Source: an uncultured Algibacter sp.
GTDB taxonomy: Bacteria > Bacteroidota > Bacteroidia > Flavobacteriales > Flavobacteriaceae
Assembly (NCBI RefSeq): GCF_963976535.1
Contig: NZ_CAXBLF010000008.1
Coordinates: 1,922 to 65,921 of the forward strand
Direction: 5' to 3'
DNA length: 64,000 bases
The translations under genes were made by a program, and so were the position numbers. Numbering within the stretch: the stretch's first letter is position 1; each line of letters opens with the position of its first letter. Shown in pieces: positions 48,908 through 59,037 of the stretch. The notes beneath the pieces are model-generated. The model saw only the letters and a list, made by a program, of their open reading frames with translations, ran no database searches and had not been told where the DNA came from.

Positions 48908-49645
48908 ATGATTAAATTACTTTCATATCCATTATCCGTTATTTATTATGTGTTTTTTGGATTAGTACTAGTTGTGCTTCATCCTCTACAATGGCTATGT
49001 TTTAACCTTTTTGGCTATCAAGCTCATAAAAAAAGTGTAGATTTTTTACAACTTTGTTTAATGCAATGCGCTCATATTTTAGGCACACGTTTTTCATTCA
49101 ACAATCCTCATAACATTGATTTTAATCGCCCTTTAATTATTGTGGCAAATCATCAAAGTTTACATGATATATACCCGCTTACGTGGTATATGCGAAAACA
49201 TCATCCGAAATTTATTAGTAAAATTGAATTAGGTAAAGGCATCCCTAGTGTGTCGTACAATTTACGCCATGGAGGTGCCGCTTTAATCGATAGAAAAAAC
49301 CCTAGACAATCTTTACCGGCATTAATGAAATTTGGTGAGTATATTGAAAGCACAAAGCGTGCGGCTGTTATTTTTCCAGAAGGCACACGAAGTAAAAATG
49401 GTACACCCAAACCTTTTCAGACTAAAGGATTAGAGATTCTATTTAAAAAAGTGCCTTCAGCATTAATTGTTCCTATAACCGTAAACAACTCTTGGAAAAT
49501 GTTGCGCTATGGGAATTTCCCCATGGGCATAGGCAATCATCTTAAATTTACCGTACATAAACCTATAGAATTAGCTACCTTTGTTGATAAGCAAGAGCTT
49601 ATAAATAGTATTGAATCGACAATAAAAAATCATATTGAACATTAA
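48908..49645 (+). CDS. Lysophospholipid acyltransferase (PlsC family)
   Basis: ANHQSLHD, FPEGTRS. Confidence 0.92.
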   Translation: MIKLLSYPLSVIYYVFFGLVLVVLHPLQWLCFNLFGYQAHKKSVDFLQLCLMQCAHILGTRFSFNNPHNIDFNRPLIIVANHQSLHDIYPLTWYMRKHHPKFISKIELGKGIPSVSYNLRHGGAALIDRKNPRQSLPALMKFGEYIESTKRAAVIFPEGTRSKNGTPKPFQTKGLEILFKKVPSALIVPITVNNSWKMLRYGNFPMGIGNHLKFTVHKPIELATFVDKQELINSIESTIKNHIEH

Positions 49646-49656
49646 AAAAGTTACAA

Positions 49657-50655
49657 ATGTCTTTAAAGAATAAGAGATTAGAGGTGATGCAGTTTTTAGA
49701 AAAAGACGTTGATGCATTAATGGAGAAATATTTAATCCCAGTAGACAGTATTTGGCAACCTACAGATTTTTTGCCAAATTCTGAAACTACAGATAGTGCT
49801 TTTTTTGAAGAGGTTAGAGAGATTAGAGAATTAGCCAAAGATTTACCTTATGATTTTTGGGTAGTTTTAGTAGGTGATATGATTACTGAAGAAGCTTTAC
49901 CAACTTACGAATCTTGGTTGATGGATGTTGAAGGTGTAGACCAAGTAAATGGTGAAAATGGTTGGGGTAAATGGGTGCGTCAATGGACTGCTGAAGAAAA
50001 CAGACATGGCGATGTGCTTAATAAATACCTATATCTTTCTGGTAGAGTAAACATGAAAGAAATTGAAAAAACTACGCACCACCTAATTGCTGATGGTTTT
50101 GATATTGGAACAGACAGAGATCCATACAAAAACTTTGTATATACTAGTTTTCAAGAATTAGCTACTTATATTTCGCATAATAGAGTAGCAAAAATTGCAA
50201 AAGATAAAGGCAATAAACGTTTGTCAAAAATGTGTAAAATTATTTCTGGTGATGAAATGCGCCACCATCATGCGTATTCTGAGTTTGTAGAGCGTATTTT
50301 TAAAGTAGATCCTAGCCAAATGATGATGGCTTTTCATTATATGATGAAGCAAAAAATCACCATGCCCGCTCATTTTTTAAGAGAGTCTGGGGGTAAATTA
50401 AGTTCCGCTTTTGAGGAATTCTCAAATACGGCACAACGTATTGGCGTTTACACCTCTACGGATTATGTAGATATTCTTCAAAAGTTAATTGAACGTTGGG
50501 AAATTGATAAAATTACTAATCTTTCAGATGAAGCTGAAAAAGCTAGAGATTATTTAATGAAACTTCCTGCTAGAATGTATCGTATATCTGAGCGCATGAA
50601 GATTCCTGAAAACTCATTTCAATTTAAATGGGTAGAACCTGCAATTATAAAATAA
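49657..50655 (+). CDS. Acyl-ACP desaturase
   Basis: WQPTDFLP, ITEEALPTY, WTAEENRHG, DEMRH. Confidence 0.95.
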   Translation: MSLKNKRLEVMQFLEKDVDALMEKYLIPVDSIWQPTDFLPNSETTDSAFFEEVREIRELAKDLPYDFWVVLVGDMITEEALPTYESWLMDVEGVDQVNGENGWGKWVRQWTAEENRHGDVLNKYLYLSGRVNMKEIEKTTHHLIADGFDIGTDRDPYKNFVYTSFQELATYISHNRVAKIAKDKGNKRLSKMCKIISGDEMRHHHAYSEFVERIFKVDPSQMMMAFHYMMKQKITMPAHFLRESGGKLSSAFEEFSNTAQRIGVYTSTDYVDILQKLIERWEIDKITNLSDEAEKARDYLMKLPARMYRISERMKIPENSFQFKWVEPAIIK

Positions 50656-50732
50656 AATTCCAAAAAACAAAACTCTAAATTCCAAAAAAATAGTGTTTTT
50701 AAACATGGAATTTATTAGAAAAAAATTAGTAG

Positions 50733-50937
50733 TGTCCGATTAAAGAATCAAGACCGCTTCGCTGTTAGAACAAAGACTTGATTGTAACTAATTGATAAAC
50801 AGTAATTTTTAAATTCATAACTTTCTAAAAAATAAAATTTTTCAGTAATCGCAAAAAGCAAGCCCCTCTTTTTTATAAGCCCTGAAAACTTAGGGTTCGC
50901 AAAGGTTTTCTTTAAGCGAACTTTTTTTAGTCGGACA
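50733..50937 (+). mobile_element. 205-bp MITE-like element, copy 2
   Basis: Terminal inverted repeats tgtccgattaaa / tttagtcggaca; left end shared with 36467. Confidence 0.6.
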
Positions 50938-50953
50938 AAAATGAAAAAAATCA

Positions 50954-51292
50954 TTGATTAATTACAATAACAAAAGCTTTAGGCCTATTTCAAGTTCAGA
51001 AAATAGTGAAATAACTTCTGATACTATTTTTGTTTATAAACAAAAGGGGGATATTTTAACATCCACTTACAACGGTGCAAACATTATAGAAGGTCACCTT
51101 ATTGGCTTGGTTGATAACGACGGTACTATTAATATGAGATATCATCAAATTAATAAAAACGGCGAATTAATGACTGGTATTTGCATGTCTAAGCCCGAAA
51201 TTGATTCCAACGGAAAAATAAAACTTTATGAAAGTTGGATTTGGACTTCAGGTGATAGATCTAAAGGGACTTCAATACTAAAAGAAATTTAA
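50954..51292 (+). CDS. Conserved small beta-rich hypothetical protein
   Basis: INYNNKSF, F.YKQKG, G.LIG, W.WTSGD pattern. Confidence 0.75.
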   Translation: MINYNNKSFRPISSSENSEITSDTIFVYKQKGDILTSTYNGANIIEGHLIGLVDNDGTINMRYHQINKNGELMTGICMSKPEIDSNGKIKLYESWIWTSGDRSKGTSILKEI

Positions 51293-51297
51293 TCACC

Positions 51298-51951
51298 ATG
51301 TCTTCAGAAGAAATAATCAATAAGACCATAATTTTTGTAAAAGAGACTTTAGCTGATGCTGAAGGTGGACACGATTGGTTTCACACCCTAAGGGTGTTTA
51401 ATAATTCCTTACTCATCTCTAAAAATGAATCTGTTGATACATTTGTGGTTTCGCTAGGTGCGTTATTGCATGATATAGCAGACAGCAAATTTCATGATGG
51501 CGATGAAACAATTGGTCCAAGGATAGCAAGAAAGTTTCTATTTGACCTGAATGTAGATTCTACTGTTATTGAACATGTTGTAAATATTATAGAGAATATA
51601 TCTTTTAAAGGCGGTAATGAAATTCAAAAGTTTAAATCCATAGAGTTAGATGTGGTGCAAGATGCTGATAGACTTGATGCCATTGGCGCTATTGGTATTG
51701 CACGCTGCTTTAATTACGGTGGATTCAAAAATAGAGCACTATATAATCCTGAGATTGCTCCTAATCTAAATATGAGAAAGGCAGAATACAAGTCCTCAAT
51801 TGCTCCTACAATAAACCATTTTTACGAAAAATTGTTGCTTTTAAAGGATAAAATGAATACTAAAGCTGGGAAACGAATTGCTACTGAAAGACATGTATAT
51901 ATGTTAGGTTTCTTAGACCAGTTTTATAGTGAATGGCATGGAGAAAAGTAA
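51298..51951 (+). CDS. HD-domain phosphohydrolase
   Basis: GHDWFH, LLHDIAD, QDADRLDAIGAIG. Confidence 0.92.
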   Translation: MSSEEIINKTIIFVKETLADAEGGHDWFHTLRVFNNSLLISKNESVDTFVVSLGALLHDIADSKFHDGDETIGPRIARKFLFDLNVDSTVIEHVVNIIENISFKGGNEIQKFKSIELDVVQDADRLDAIGAIGIARCFNYGGFKNRALYNPEIAPNLNMRKAEYKSSIAPTINHFYEKLLLLKDKMNTKAGKRIATERHVYMLGFLDQFYSEWHGEK

Positions 51952-51978
51952 TAATCTTATTAAGGAAAGCTTGTCATG

Positions 51979-52152
51979 TTAATTCTCTAAAGCAACTTGT
52001 AATGCTGTAATTTTATATTCCAAAATCGAAAGCTCTTCTGCATTTTCAATAATTTCTTCAACGGTTAAATCGTCTTTACCGTTAATAAAATCCATAATGC
52101 CTTTCTTCTTATAAGCATAATATTTTAAAGCTTCATTAATTTTATCAGTCAT
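51979..52152 (-). CDS. 57-aa hypothetical protein (not in the ORF track)
   Basis: MTDKINEALKYYAYKKKGIMDFINGKDDLTVEEIIENAEELSILEYKITALQVALEN, 13 nt after the AraC stop. Confidence 0.7.
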   Translation of the reverse strand: MTDKINEALKYYAYKKKGIMDFINGKDDLTVEEIIENAEELSILEYKITALQVALEN

Positions 52153-52164
52153 AACCTTTAATTT

Positions 52165-53040
52165 TTATTGAATAATTAACTTAATTTCTTTTCTGTAATT
52201 TGAAGCACTCTTGCCAGTTATATCATTAAAGACTTTATTAAAATGGGAGAAATTATTAAATCCACATTCAAAACAAACATCAGCAATACTCATTTTACTT
52301 TCTTCAGATAATAGTTTTGTTGCATGAACCACGCGATATTCATTTACTACTTGAGTAAAGGTTTTTCCTGTAGCTTTTTTAAAATATCTACAAAAAGCAG
52401 GTACTGTCATACTTACCTCATCGGCTATTTCATCTAATGTAATATGCTGTTGAAAATTTTTGTTCACATATTTAAATATGGCTCCAATCTTAGCGCTGTC
52501 TTGAGCTTCCGCTTCAAAGGCAAAACCATCAGCATTTAAAAGTGAATAATCTTCGGTTTTTGCTAAATAATTGAGAATTTCCAAGAACTTTAGGGTACGA
52601 TCTAATCCGACACTCTCCAAAAGTTTATCAATTTTAGGCCCTATATATGCTTTGGTTTCCACATGAAAGCGAATACCTTTCTTAGCTCTTTCAAATAAGG
52701 CGTTAATATCTGCCATTTCAGGAATTTTAATAAAATCATTTCCTAAAAAATTAGATTTAAATTGTACTGTAGTTTCAGACCCATTGGCTGTAAGCCTATC
52801 TGCAAAGCCATTATGTGGAAGGTTAGATCCTATTAATATAAGCTGACTATTATTAAAATACGATAGGTGATTTCCAATATGTGTTTTACCCTGTCCTTTG
52901 TTTACATATACAAGTTCAAGTTCTGGGTGAAAATGCCAGTAAGCATTAAACTTATCTTCTTTTTCTAAATGCTGCTTTACAAGTATAGAACTTCCAAAAC
53001 TCGGGGAAAGCTTTTCTAAAGTAGGTTTTTTCTTAATCAT
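52165..53040 (-). CDS. AraC family regulator (cupin sensor)
   Basis: WHFHPELEL; FCRYFKK and CGFNNFSHFN double HTH. Confidence 0.93.
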   Translation of the reverse strand: MIKKKPTLEKLSPSFGSSILVKQHLEKEDKFNAYWHFHPELELVYVNKGQGKTHIGNHLSYFNNSQLILIGSNLPHNGFADRLTANGSETTVQFKSNFLGNDFIKIPEMADINALFERAKKGIRFHVETKAYIGPKIDKLLESVGLDRTLKFLEILNYLAKTEDYSLLNADGFAFEAEAQDSAKIGAIFKYVNKNFQQHITLDEIADEVSMTVPAFCRYFKKATGKTFTQVVNEYRVVHATKLLSEESKMSIADVCFECGFNNFSHFNKVFNDITGKSASNYRKEIKLIIQ

Positions 53041-53158
53041 AGCAAGATTAATTTATAGCAAATTTACTATTTATTATGCATACATTGTATATTTAATTAC
53101 CCTAAATGTGTGTTATATTAACTTAACAATGAGTTAACATTAATTTAACAGATAATAT

Positions 53159-53215
53159 AGCACACAAACTGGTCAAAATTGATGTTTTTGTAGCTGGTGT
53201 TTGTTCTTAGTTTTG
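53159..53215 (+). promoter_or_regulatory. Conserved promoter, copy 1 of 3
   Basis: agcacacaaactggtcaaaattgatgtttt, then TAGTTTTG at 53208. Confidence 0.6.
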
Positions 53216-53244
53216 TGGTGTAATAATTTTTAAATTAATTTATT

Positions 53245-53472
53245 ATGTATTTAACTGAAAAAAGTAATAAAACGGATTATACACTTTTTACAAGTTTAGT
53301 ATTAAGAGAAAATAAGACACAGCATAAAACTAGAAGCATTAATTTTTCTATATCAGGTTTTTTTAAAGCATATTGGAAATACTATAATTTATATGACGTA
53401 TATATTACACACCCAAACCAAATGGTTTACACCAATATGGATAGAAGTGAAAAAGCGAGATTTAAAAAATAA
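53245..53472 (+). CDS. 75-aa hypothetical protein
   Basis: ORF bracketed by its own promoter and terminator. Confidence 0.55.
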   Translation: MYLTEKSNKTDYTLFTSLVLRENKTQHKTRSINFSISGFFKAYWKYYNLYDVYITHPNQMVYTNMDRSEKARFKK

Positions 53473-53559
53473 TTTAAAAACAAAAAACAACTCTTAAAAC
53501 AGAGTAACAGTATTCATTAATAGTTAGTTTAATGTCTTATTTAGTTTAGTTTAGTTGGT

Positions 53560-53586
53560 AAAAGTGGGCTGTGGTAGCCCACTTTT
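53560..53586 (+). terminator. Terminator, copy 1 of 3
   Basis: aaaagtgggct-gtggt-agcccactttt. Confidence 0.8.
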
Positions 53587-53732
53587 CTTTTTACCCTATC
53601 TACAAAACTTGCTATCCGTCTCATACAAAAATTTTTCTTGTAGCTTTTTATATCATGCATTATTTTTTAAAATATAGTTGATTATATTCTATGTTAATTT
53701 AACCTAAAATGATGTAATAATAATAGATAATT

Positions 53733-53790
53733 TAGGCTATAAATTAATCAATATCAATGTTTTACAAAACACATTTGCTCTTTACATTTG
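53733..53790 (+). promoter_or_regulatory. Conserved promoter, copy 2 of 3
   Basis: tcaatatcaatgtttt, then TACATTTG at 53783. Confidence 0.6.
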
Positions 53791-53818
53791 TAGTGTTGAA
53801 CGTTATAAAAACCAAATC

Positions 53819-54418
53819 ATGAAAAACGCAATTAAACACACAAAAAAAGGAATCTTAATGGTAACCATGTTTGCTACCATATTAAGTTTCGCAAATGAAG
53901 CTACATTATTTAATATTAAAAATGAAGCTAAAAGAACCTCTCTTACTTTACACAATGTAAAGAAAGGAAACCTACTATCTGTAAAAGATACAAATGGTGT
54001 AATTTTGTTCAAAGAGTATATACAAGAATCTGGTTCTTATACCAAAGGTTTTGACTTAACAGCATTGCCAAATGGTGCGTACATTTTTGAACTCGACAAA
54101 GATTTAGAAATAAATACAATACCTTTTACCGTAAAGTCTAATATTGTTCTTTTCGAAAAAGAAAATGAAAAAACTATCTTCAAGCCTTTGGTACGAGTTA
54201 ATGACGACAAATTATATGTCTCAAAACTTTCCTTAAATGAAGAACCTTTAGAAATTGAGATTTACTTTGAAGGTTTAGACGGTTATGAACTTATGCATTC
54301 TGAAACCGTTGATAGCACTAAAACTATTGAAAGAGTTTACAGGTTAGATGGATTAAACTTAGGCTCTTACAAAATCGTATGTTTTACAGAAGGTAGAAAA
54401 TTTATCAAAAACATTTAA
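53819..54418 (+). CDS. Secreted protein with two small beta-sandwich (DUF3244/CTD-like) domains, paralog 1
   Basis: Signal peptide; YTKGFDLTALPNGAYIFEL. Confidence 0.8.
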   Translation: MKNAIKHTKKGILMVTMFATILSFANEATLFNIKNEAKRTSLTLHNVKKGNLLSVKDTNGVILFKEYIQESGSYTKGFDLTALPNGAYIFELDKDLEINTIPFTVKSNIVLFEKENEKTIFKPLVRVNDDKLYVSKLSLNEEPLEIEIYFEGLDGYELMHSETVDSTKTIERVYRLDGLNLGSYKIVCFTEGRKFIKNI

Positions 54419-54451
54419 TTAAATTTAAATACCTTATTTAGAAACGTTGTT

Positions 54452-54478
54452 AAAAGTGAGCTGTAATGGCTCACTTTT
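54452..54478 (+). terminator. Terminator, copy 2 of 3
   Basis: aaaagtgagc-tgtaatg-gctcactttt. Confidence 0.8.
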
Positions 54479-54622
54479 TTTTTAAAATTTCACAACAAAG
54501 CAATTTTATAAAGGCCTTAATAAATTCTCTTGAAGTAATATCCTAGGTTATTGTATTCATTTAACCTACATATATTCTATTTTAATCTAACTTAAAATTA
54601 ATGAATTAACAACAAACAATTT

Positions 54623-54679
54623 AGCACATAAATAGGTCAATATCAGTGTTTTAAGAAGCTAATTTGTGTTATATATTTG
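54623..54679 (+). promoter_or_regulatory. Conserved promoter, copy 3 of 3
   Basis: agcacataaataggtcaatatcagtgtttt, then TATATTTG at 54672. Confidence 0.6.
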
Positions 54680-54707
54680 TAGTGTTGAACGTTATAAAAC
54701 CCAAATT

Positions 54708-55298
54708 ATGAAAAACACAAAAAAAGGAATCTTAATGGTAACTATGTTTGCTACCTTGTTAAGTTTCGCAAATGAAGCTACATTATTTAATATTAAAAAT
54801 GATGCTGAAAGAACCGCTCTTACTTTATATAATGTAAAGCAAGGAAACCTTCTATCTGTAAAAGATATTAATGGTGTGATTTTGTTCAAAGAATATATTC
54901 AAGAATCTGGTACTTATACCAAAGGTTTTGACTTAACAGCATTACCAAATGGTGCTTATATTTTCGAACTTGATAAAGATTTAGAGATAAATACTATCCC
55001 TTTTACTGTAAAGTCTAATATTGTTCTTTTCGAAAAAGAAAATGAAAAAACTATCTTCAAGCCTATGGTGCGCGTAGAGGGGGATAAAGTATATGTTTCA
55101 AAACTTGCTTTAAACGAAGAACCTTTAGAAATCAAGATTTACTTTGAAGGATTGAATGGTTCTGAACTCATGTTTACTGAAACCATTGAAAACACTAAAA
55201 TTATTGAAAGAATCTATAGACTAGACGGTTTAAATACAGGGTCTTACAAAATTGTGTTTTATACCGAAGGAAGGGAATTTATTAAAACTATTAATTAA
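54708..55298 (+). CDS. Secreted beta-sandwich protein, paralog 2
   Basis: Highly similar to 53819-54418; start MKNTKKG at 54708. Confidence 0.8.
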   Translation: MKNTKKGILMVTMFATLLSFANEATLFNIKNDAERTALTLYNVKQGNLLSVKDINGVILFKEYIQESGTYTKGFDLTALPNGAYIFELDKDLEINTIPFTVKSNIVLFEKENEKTIFKPMVRVEGDKVYVSKLALNEEPLEIKIYFEGLNGSELMFTETIENTKIIERIYRLDGLNTGSYKIVFYTEGREFIKTIN

Positions 55299-55330
55299 AT
55301 ACTAAATACCTTATTTTAGAATCAGTTGTT

Positions 55331-55357
55331 AAAAGTGAGCTATTATGGCTCACTTTT
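55331..55357 (+). terminator. Terminator, copy 3 of 3
   Basis: aaaagtgagc-tattatg-gctcactttt. Confidence 0.8.
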
Positions 55358-55486
55358 TTTTTAGAATAATTTTAATTGTCCATTTTTAAATGGTTCATGT
55401 AAATCACAATCGAACTAGGCATTGAATTGTCTTTAAAACACTCTTTTCTAAATAGTTTTACGAGATTATTTATTTGTTTTGCAATT

Positions 55487-56269
55487 TTACCTCCCAGGAA
55501 AATCAGCCTTTCGTTTTTCTAAAAAAGCTGTAGTGCCTTCTTCAAAATCTTCAGTACCAAAACAATCTCCAAATCCCTGTATTTCAATATCAAAACCATT
55601 TACACCATCTTTAAAATTGGCATTTATGGCGCTAATGGCTGCTCCAATGGCTACAGACGAATTTCTAGAAATTTTGGTTGCTATTTTTTCGCAAAGGGTC
55701 AATAATTGATCTTGAGTTGTTACGTAATTAACTAAGCCATAGTTTAAAGCTTGATTTGCATCAATCATACCCGCCGTCATTATCATTTCCATGGCACGAC
55801 CTTTTCCAACAAGTTGTGGTAAGCGTTGTGTGCCACCATATCCTGGAATAACTCCTAAAGACACCTCGGGTAAGCCCATTTTTGCATTATCGCTAGCTAC
55901 TCTAAAATGACAAGACATGGCTAATTCTAATCCACCACCGAGTGCAAAACCATTTACTGCTGCTATAACTGGTGTTGATAGATTTTCAACAAAATCAAAT
56001 AATAATTCTTGTCCTTTTGCAGCTAATTTTTTACCTTCACTCACATCATAATCTGCAAATTCACTTATATCTGCACCAGCTACAAAGGCTTTTTCTCCGC
56101 TACCAGTAACTATAATAACTTTGGTGCTTTTATCTTTATTAGCCGCATCAAATGCTTCGTGCAATTCTTCAATAGTGTCTCTATTTAATGCGTTTAATTT
56201 TTTTGGACGGTTAATGATTATGGTTGTTATTCCATTACTTTCTTCAGAAAGAATATTATTATATCTCAT
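55487..56269 (-). CDS. Enoyl-CoA hydratase/isomerase
   Basis: AFVAGADI, ALGGGLEL, PEVSLGVIPGYGG. Confidence 0.94.
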   Translation of the reverse strand: MRYNNILSEESNGITTIIINRPKKLNALNRDTIEELHEAFDAANKDKSTKVIIVTGSGEKAFVAGADISEFADYDVSEGKKLAAKGQELLFDFVENLSTPVIAAVNGFALGGGLELAMSCHFRVASDNAKMGLPEVSLGVIPGYGGTQRLPQLVGKGRAMEMIMTAGMIDANQALNYGLVNYVTTQDQLLTLCEKIATKISRNSSVAIGAAISAINANFKDGVNGFDIEIQGFGDCFGTEDFEEGTTAFLEKRKADFPGR

Positions 56270-56281
56270 AAATTTTTAATT

Positions 56282-56737
56282 TTAATTTTTTTCTTTAAAT
56301 AGCTCCAACCCTTTAATTGCAAATGCTTCAGATTCATAAAACCGCAATGATGTTTTAATAATTTTATCTGATTTATCTCGTGGAGATTTGCTCTTTATTT
56401 TTGCTTTTGAATTATTTAAATTTATAGTAAATTCATCATTCAAACTAGAAGATTCACAATAAAAATAAATTAATTGTCCTTCAGATTCCCATGTTCCCTT
56501 ACCATAAAAATTTTCTTCTGGATTTGCTTCTCCTGATATATCTCTAAAAAAATGATACAGAAATGTTCCATCAATATTTAGTGAAAGTGTCCATTTTATT
56601 TCAGTTCCATCAACACTTTTAGGTTCTCTTGAATACATGCCAGATTGTGCAAGTGTATTTAAAATGACACATAGAAATATTATGATCGTGATAATGTATT
56701 TGTTTTTTATATCAAAAAAAATACGATTATAATTCAT
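56282..56737 (-). CDS. Exported hypothetical protein
   Basis: Hydrophobic N-terminus; LSLNIDGTF.Y...GKGTW beta-rich pattern. Confidence 0.6.
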   Translation of the reverse strand: MNYNRIFFDIKNKYIITIIIFLCVILNTLAQSGMYSREPKSVDGTEIKWTLSLNIDGTFLYHFFRDISGEANPEENFYGKGTWESEGQLIYFYCESSSLNDEFTINLNNSKAKIKSKSPRDKSDKIIKTSLRFYESEAFAIKGLELFKEKN

Positions 56738-56750
56738 AGCTTCATTTTTT

Positions 56751-56773
56751 GAGATTCCTGCCTGCGCAGGAAT
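56751..56773. repeat. REP arm gagattcctgcctgcgcaggaat
   Basis: attcctg...caggaat hairpin next to the kinase stop codon. Confidence 0.7.
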
Positions 56774-56776
56774 ATG

Positions 56777-58267
56777 TTATTCTTTAGGAAATGTCACTTT
56801 AAATGTTGTGCCTTTATCTTTTTCTGAAACAAACGAAATGTTTCCTTTATAGGTTTCTACTATATTTTTAACCATAGCTAAACCAAGCCCCATACCACTG
56901 GTTTTAGTTGTAAATTTAGGTTCAAAAACTTTGTCTATATTCTCTTCTGCGACACCTGAGCCATTATCTGCAACCGAAATAATGACATCGCCATTACTTT
57001 GTTCAACATTAATTACAATTTTTGGTGTTTGGTCGCCAGAGATTGCTTGAGTCGCATTTTTAACCAAATTGGTTACCACTCTAATAAGTTGTGTTCTATC
57101 AAATTTTGCTATAATTTCTTCTGAATCGGCAGTAAAAAAAATGTAATCTTCGTTAAAAATATCTAGGGCAAGCTTTACAATTTTTACCACATTTAAGGTT
57201 TCATTTTGTTGCGCTGGCATTTTTGCAAAGTTTGAAAATGCCGATGCAATAGAGCTCATGGTATCAATTTGCTGAATTAAAGTTTTACTGTATTCATCAA
57301 CTTTTGAATGGATCTTTTCATCTTCAGGGTTAAACTTACGCTGAAAATTTTGCACCGTTAAACGCATAGGCGTCAATGGGTTTTTAATTTCATGAGCTAC
57401 CTGTTTTGCCATTTCTCTCCAGGCTTGTTCGCGTTCGCTTCTTGCTAATTGTACGGCGCTTTCTTCAAGCTCATCAATCATACTATTATAAGCGTTTACC
57501 AAAGCCGAAATTTCCTCGCTAGTATCATCTACTTCAATTCTTTCATTTCTTTTTTCAAGCCTTGTTGTATTGATTTTATCACTGATAGTCTTTAAAGATT
57601 TAGTGATGTATTTTGATAATAGAAAGGCTATAGCAATGGCTGTTAATAATACCAACATAAAGGCGAAGCCTATACGCTGTAAAAATTCTTGTAGTTCTTT
57701 GGATAGGAAATCGTCTTTTTCTAAATACGGGATATTTAATATCGCTATTGGCTTAGATCTATTATCTGTGATGTAAGTGTAAGAAGATTGAAAGGTTTCA
57801 CCATTTTCCTTATGCTTATCAACATATCTGTGTAGCGCTATTTCTGAGGCATTATTAAACTCTACGTATTGGGTTAATGCATTCATAATTTCTGCATCAA
57901 GACATTTATCTGCATTAGTATCTTGCAAACCTGCTTTTGAGGAAATTAAGAGTCCGCCATCTAAATCGTATAAATTAATTTGAAGTTTATGGATATCTGC
58001 AACATTATATATTTCATCTTTGAATATAAAAGGGATGTTTTCTGTTTTAATTTCCCAAGTATTTTGCCTACCGTTTAAAACACGTTTTAGATGCGTTTGA
58101 ATACTGCCTTCTTTACGTTCTAAACGCCCCTTATGATAATCTTGACTTTGTTCTTTGTATTGGTATATGGCTACCGCCGAAATAAGTACAGATGCCAATA
58201 ACACCAGCAATATCATGGCTAGAAATATACGGGTACGTAAAGCGAGTTTTTTTAGTTTCATCTGCAC
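56777..58267 (-). CDS. Membrane sensor histidine kinase (NtrY-like)
   Basis: Two TM segments, HAMP, AHEIKNPLTPM, N/G1/F/G2 boxes; no cognate regulator in the window. Confidence 0.93.
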   Translation of the reverse strand: MQMKLKKLALRTRIFLAMILLVLLASVLISAVAIYQYKEQSQDYHKGRLERKEGSIQTHLKRVLNGRQNTWEIKTENIPFIFKDEIYNVADIHKLQINLYDLDGGLLISSKAGLQDTNADKCLDAEIMNALTQYVEFNNASEIALHRYVDKHKENGETFQSSYTYITDNRSKPIAILNIPYLEKDDFLSKELQEFLQRIGFAFMLVLLTAIAIAFLLSKYITKSLKTISDKINTTRLEKRNERIEVDDTSEEISALVNAYNSMIDELEESAVQLARSEREQAWREMAKQVAHEIKNPLTPMRLTVQNFQRKFNPEDEKIHSKVDEYSKTLIQQIDTMSSIASAFSNFAKMPAQQNETLNVVKIVKLALDIFNEDYIFFTADSEEIIAKFDRTQLIRVVTNLVKNATQAISGDQTPKIVINVEQSNGDVIISVADNGSGVAEENIDKVFEPKFTTKTSGMGLGLAMVKNIVETYKGNISFVSEKDKGTTFKVTFPKE

Positions 58268-58487
58268 ATTGTCATTGCTTTTTATCCATCAGATGCAACA
58301 TCTTAAAATAAAATATGCCTTTTTTGATTTAACTTTTAAATTAGATGTTTCATCTATAAATTATGATTCCATAAATATAGCAATAATCAAACCAAAAAAT
58401 CCTTCGGATAAAATTCAAAAAAATCAAACACCAAATTCAACAGAGTTCGTTTTGAAGTTTGGGATTTGAATATTGGTATTTTAATTT

Positions 58488-59036
58488 TTAAGCATCTGGG
58501 TTTTTGTCTCGAATATTCTTATAAACTTTAAACCCTAACATGATGAGAATTCCCAGGATGATAATGCCAATGATTCCCCAAACCCAATTGATGGCGCTTT
58601 GTAAAATAACTAGAAAAACAACTGCGAATAGGATGAATGTGGCGCCTTCGTTCCAGATGCGCATAAAACTGGATGTTTTTTTTACGACATCGTTTTGCAA
58701 TTGCTTGTAATATTGATGTGTTTTTAGGTGATAGATGAAGAGTAAAAGCACGAAACCGAGTTTTACTTGCATCCATGGTAGCTGCAGCCAATAAGGTTGT
58801 AAAATGAGTAACCAAATGGCGAATAGAGTTGCCAGAATAGCTGATGGCCATGTGATGATGTACCACAAACGTTTTGACATAAGCTTAAGTTGTTTACCAA
58901 GAATTTCTTTATCTGGTGATGGCTTATGATAGGCTTCTATTTGGTATACAAACAGACGAGGAATGTAAAATAAGCCCGCAAACCATGTGATTACAAAAAT
59001 GAGATGAAAGGCTTTTATGTAATTGTAATATTCCAT
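58488..59036 (-). CDS. hemJ: Protoporphyrinogen oxidase HemJ (CopD family)
   Basis: KAFHLIFVITWFAGLFY, RIWNEGAT. Confidence 0.9.
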   Translation of the reverse strand: MEYYNYIKAFHLIFVITWFAGLFYIPRLFVYQIEAYHKPSPDKEILGKQLKLMSKRLWYIITWPSAILATLFAIWLLILQPYWLQLPWMQVKLGFVLLLFIYHLKTHQYYKQLQNDVVKKTSSFMRIWNEGATFILFAVVFLVILQSAINWVWGIIGIIILGILIMLGFKVYKNIRDKNPDA

Positions 59037-59037
59037 T

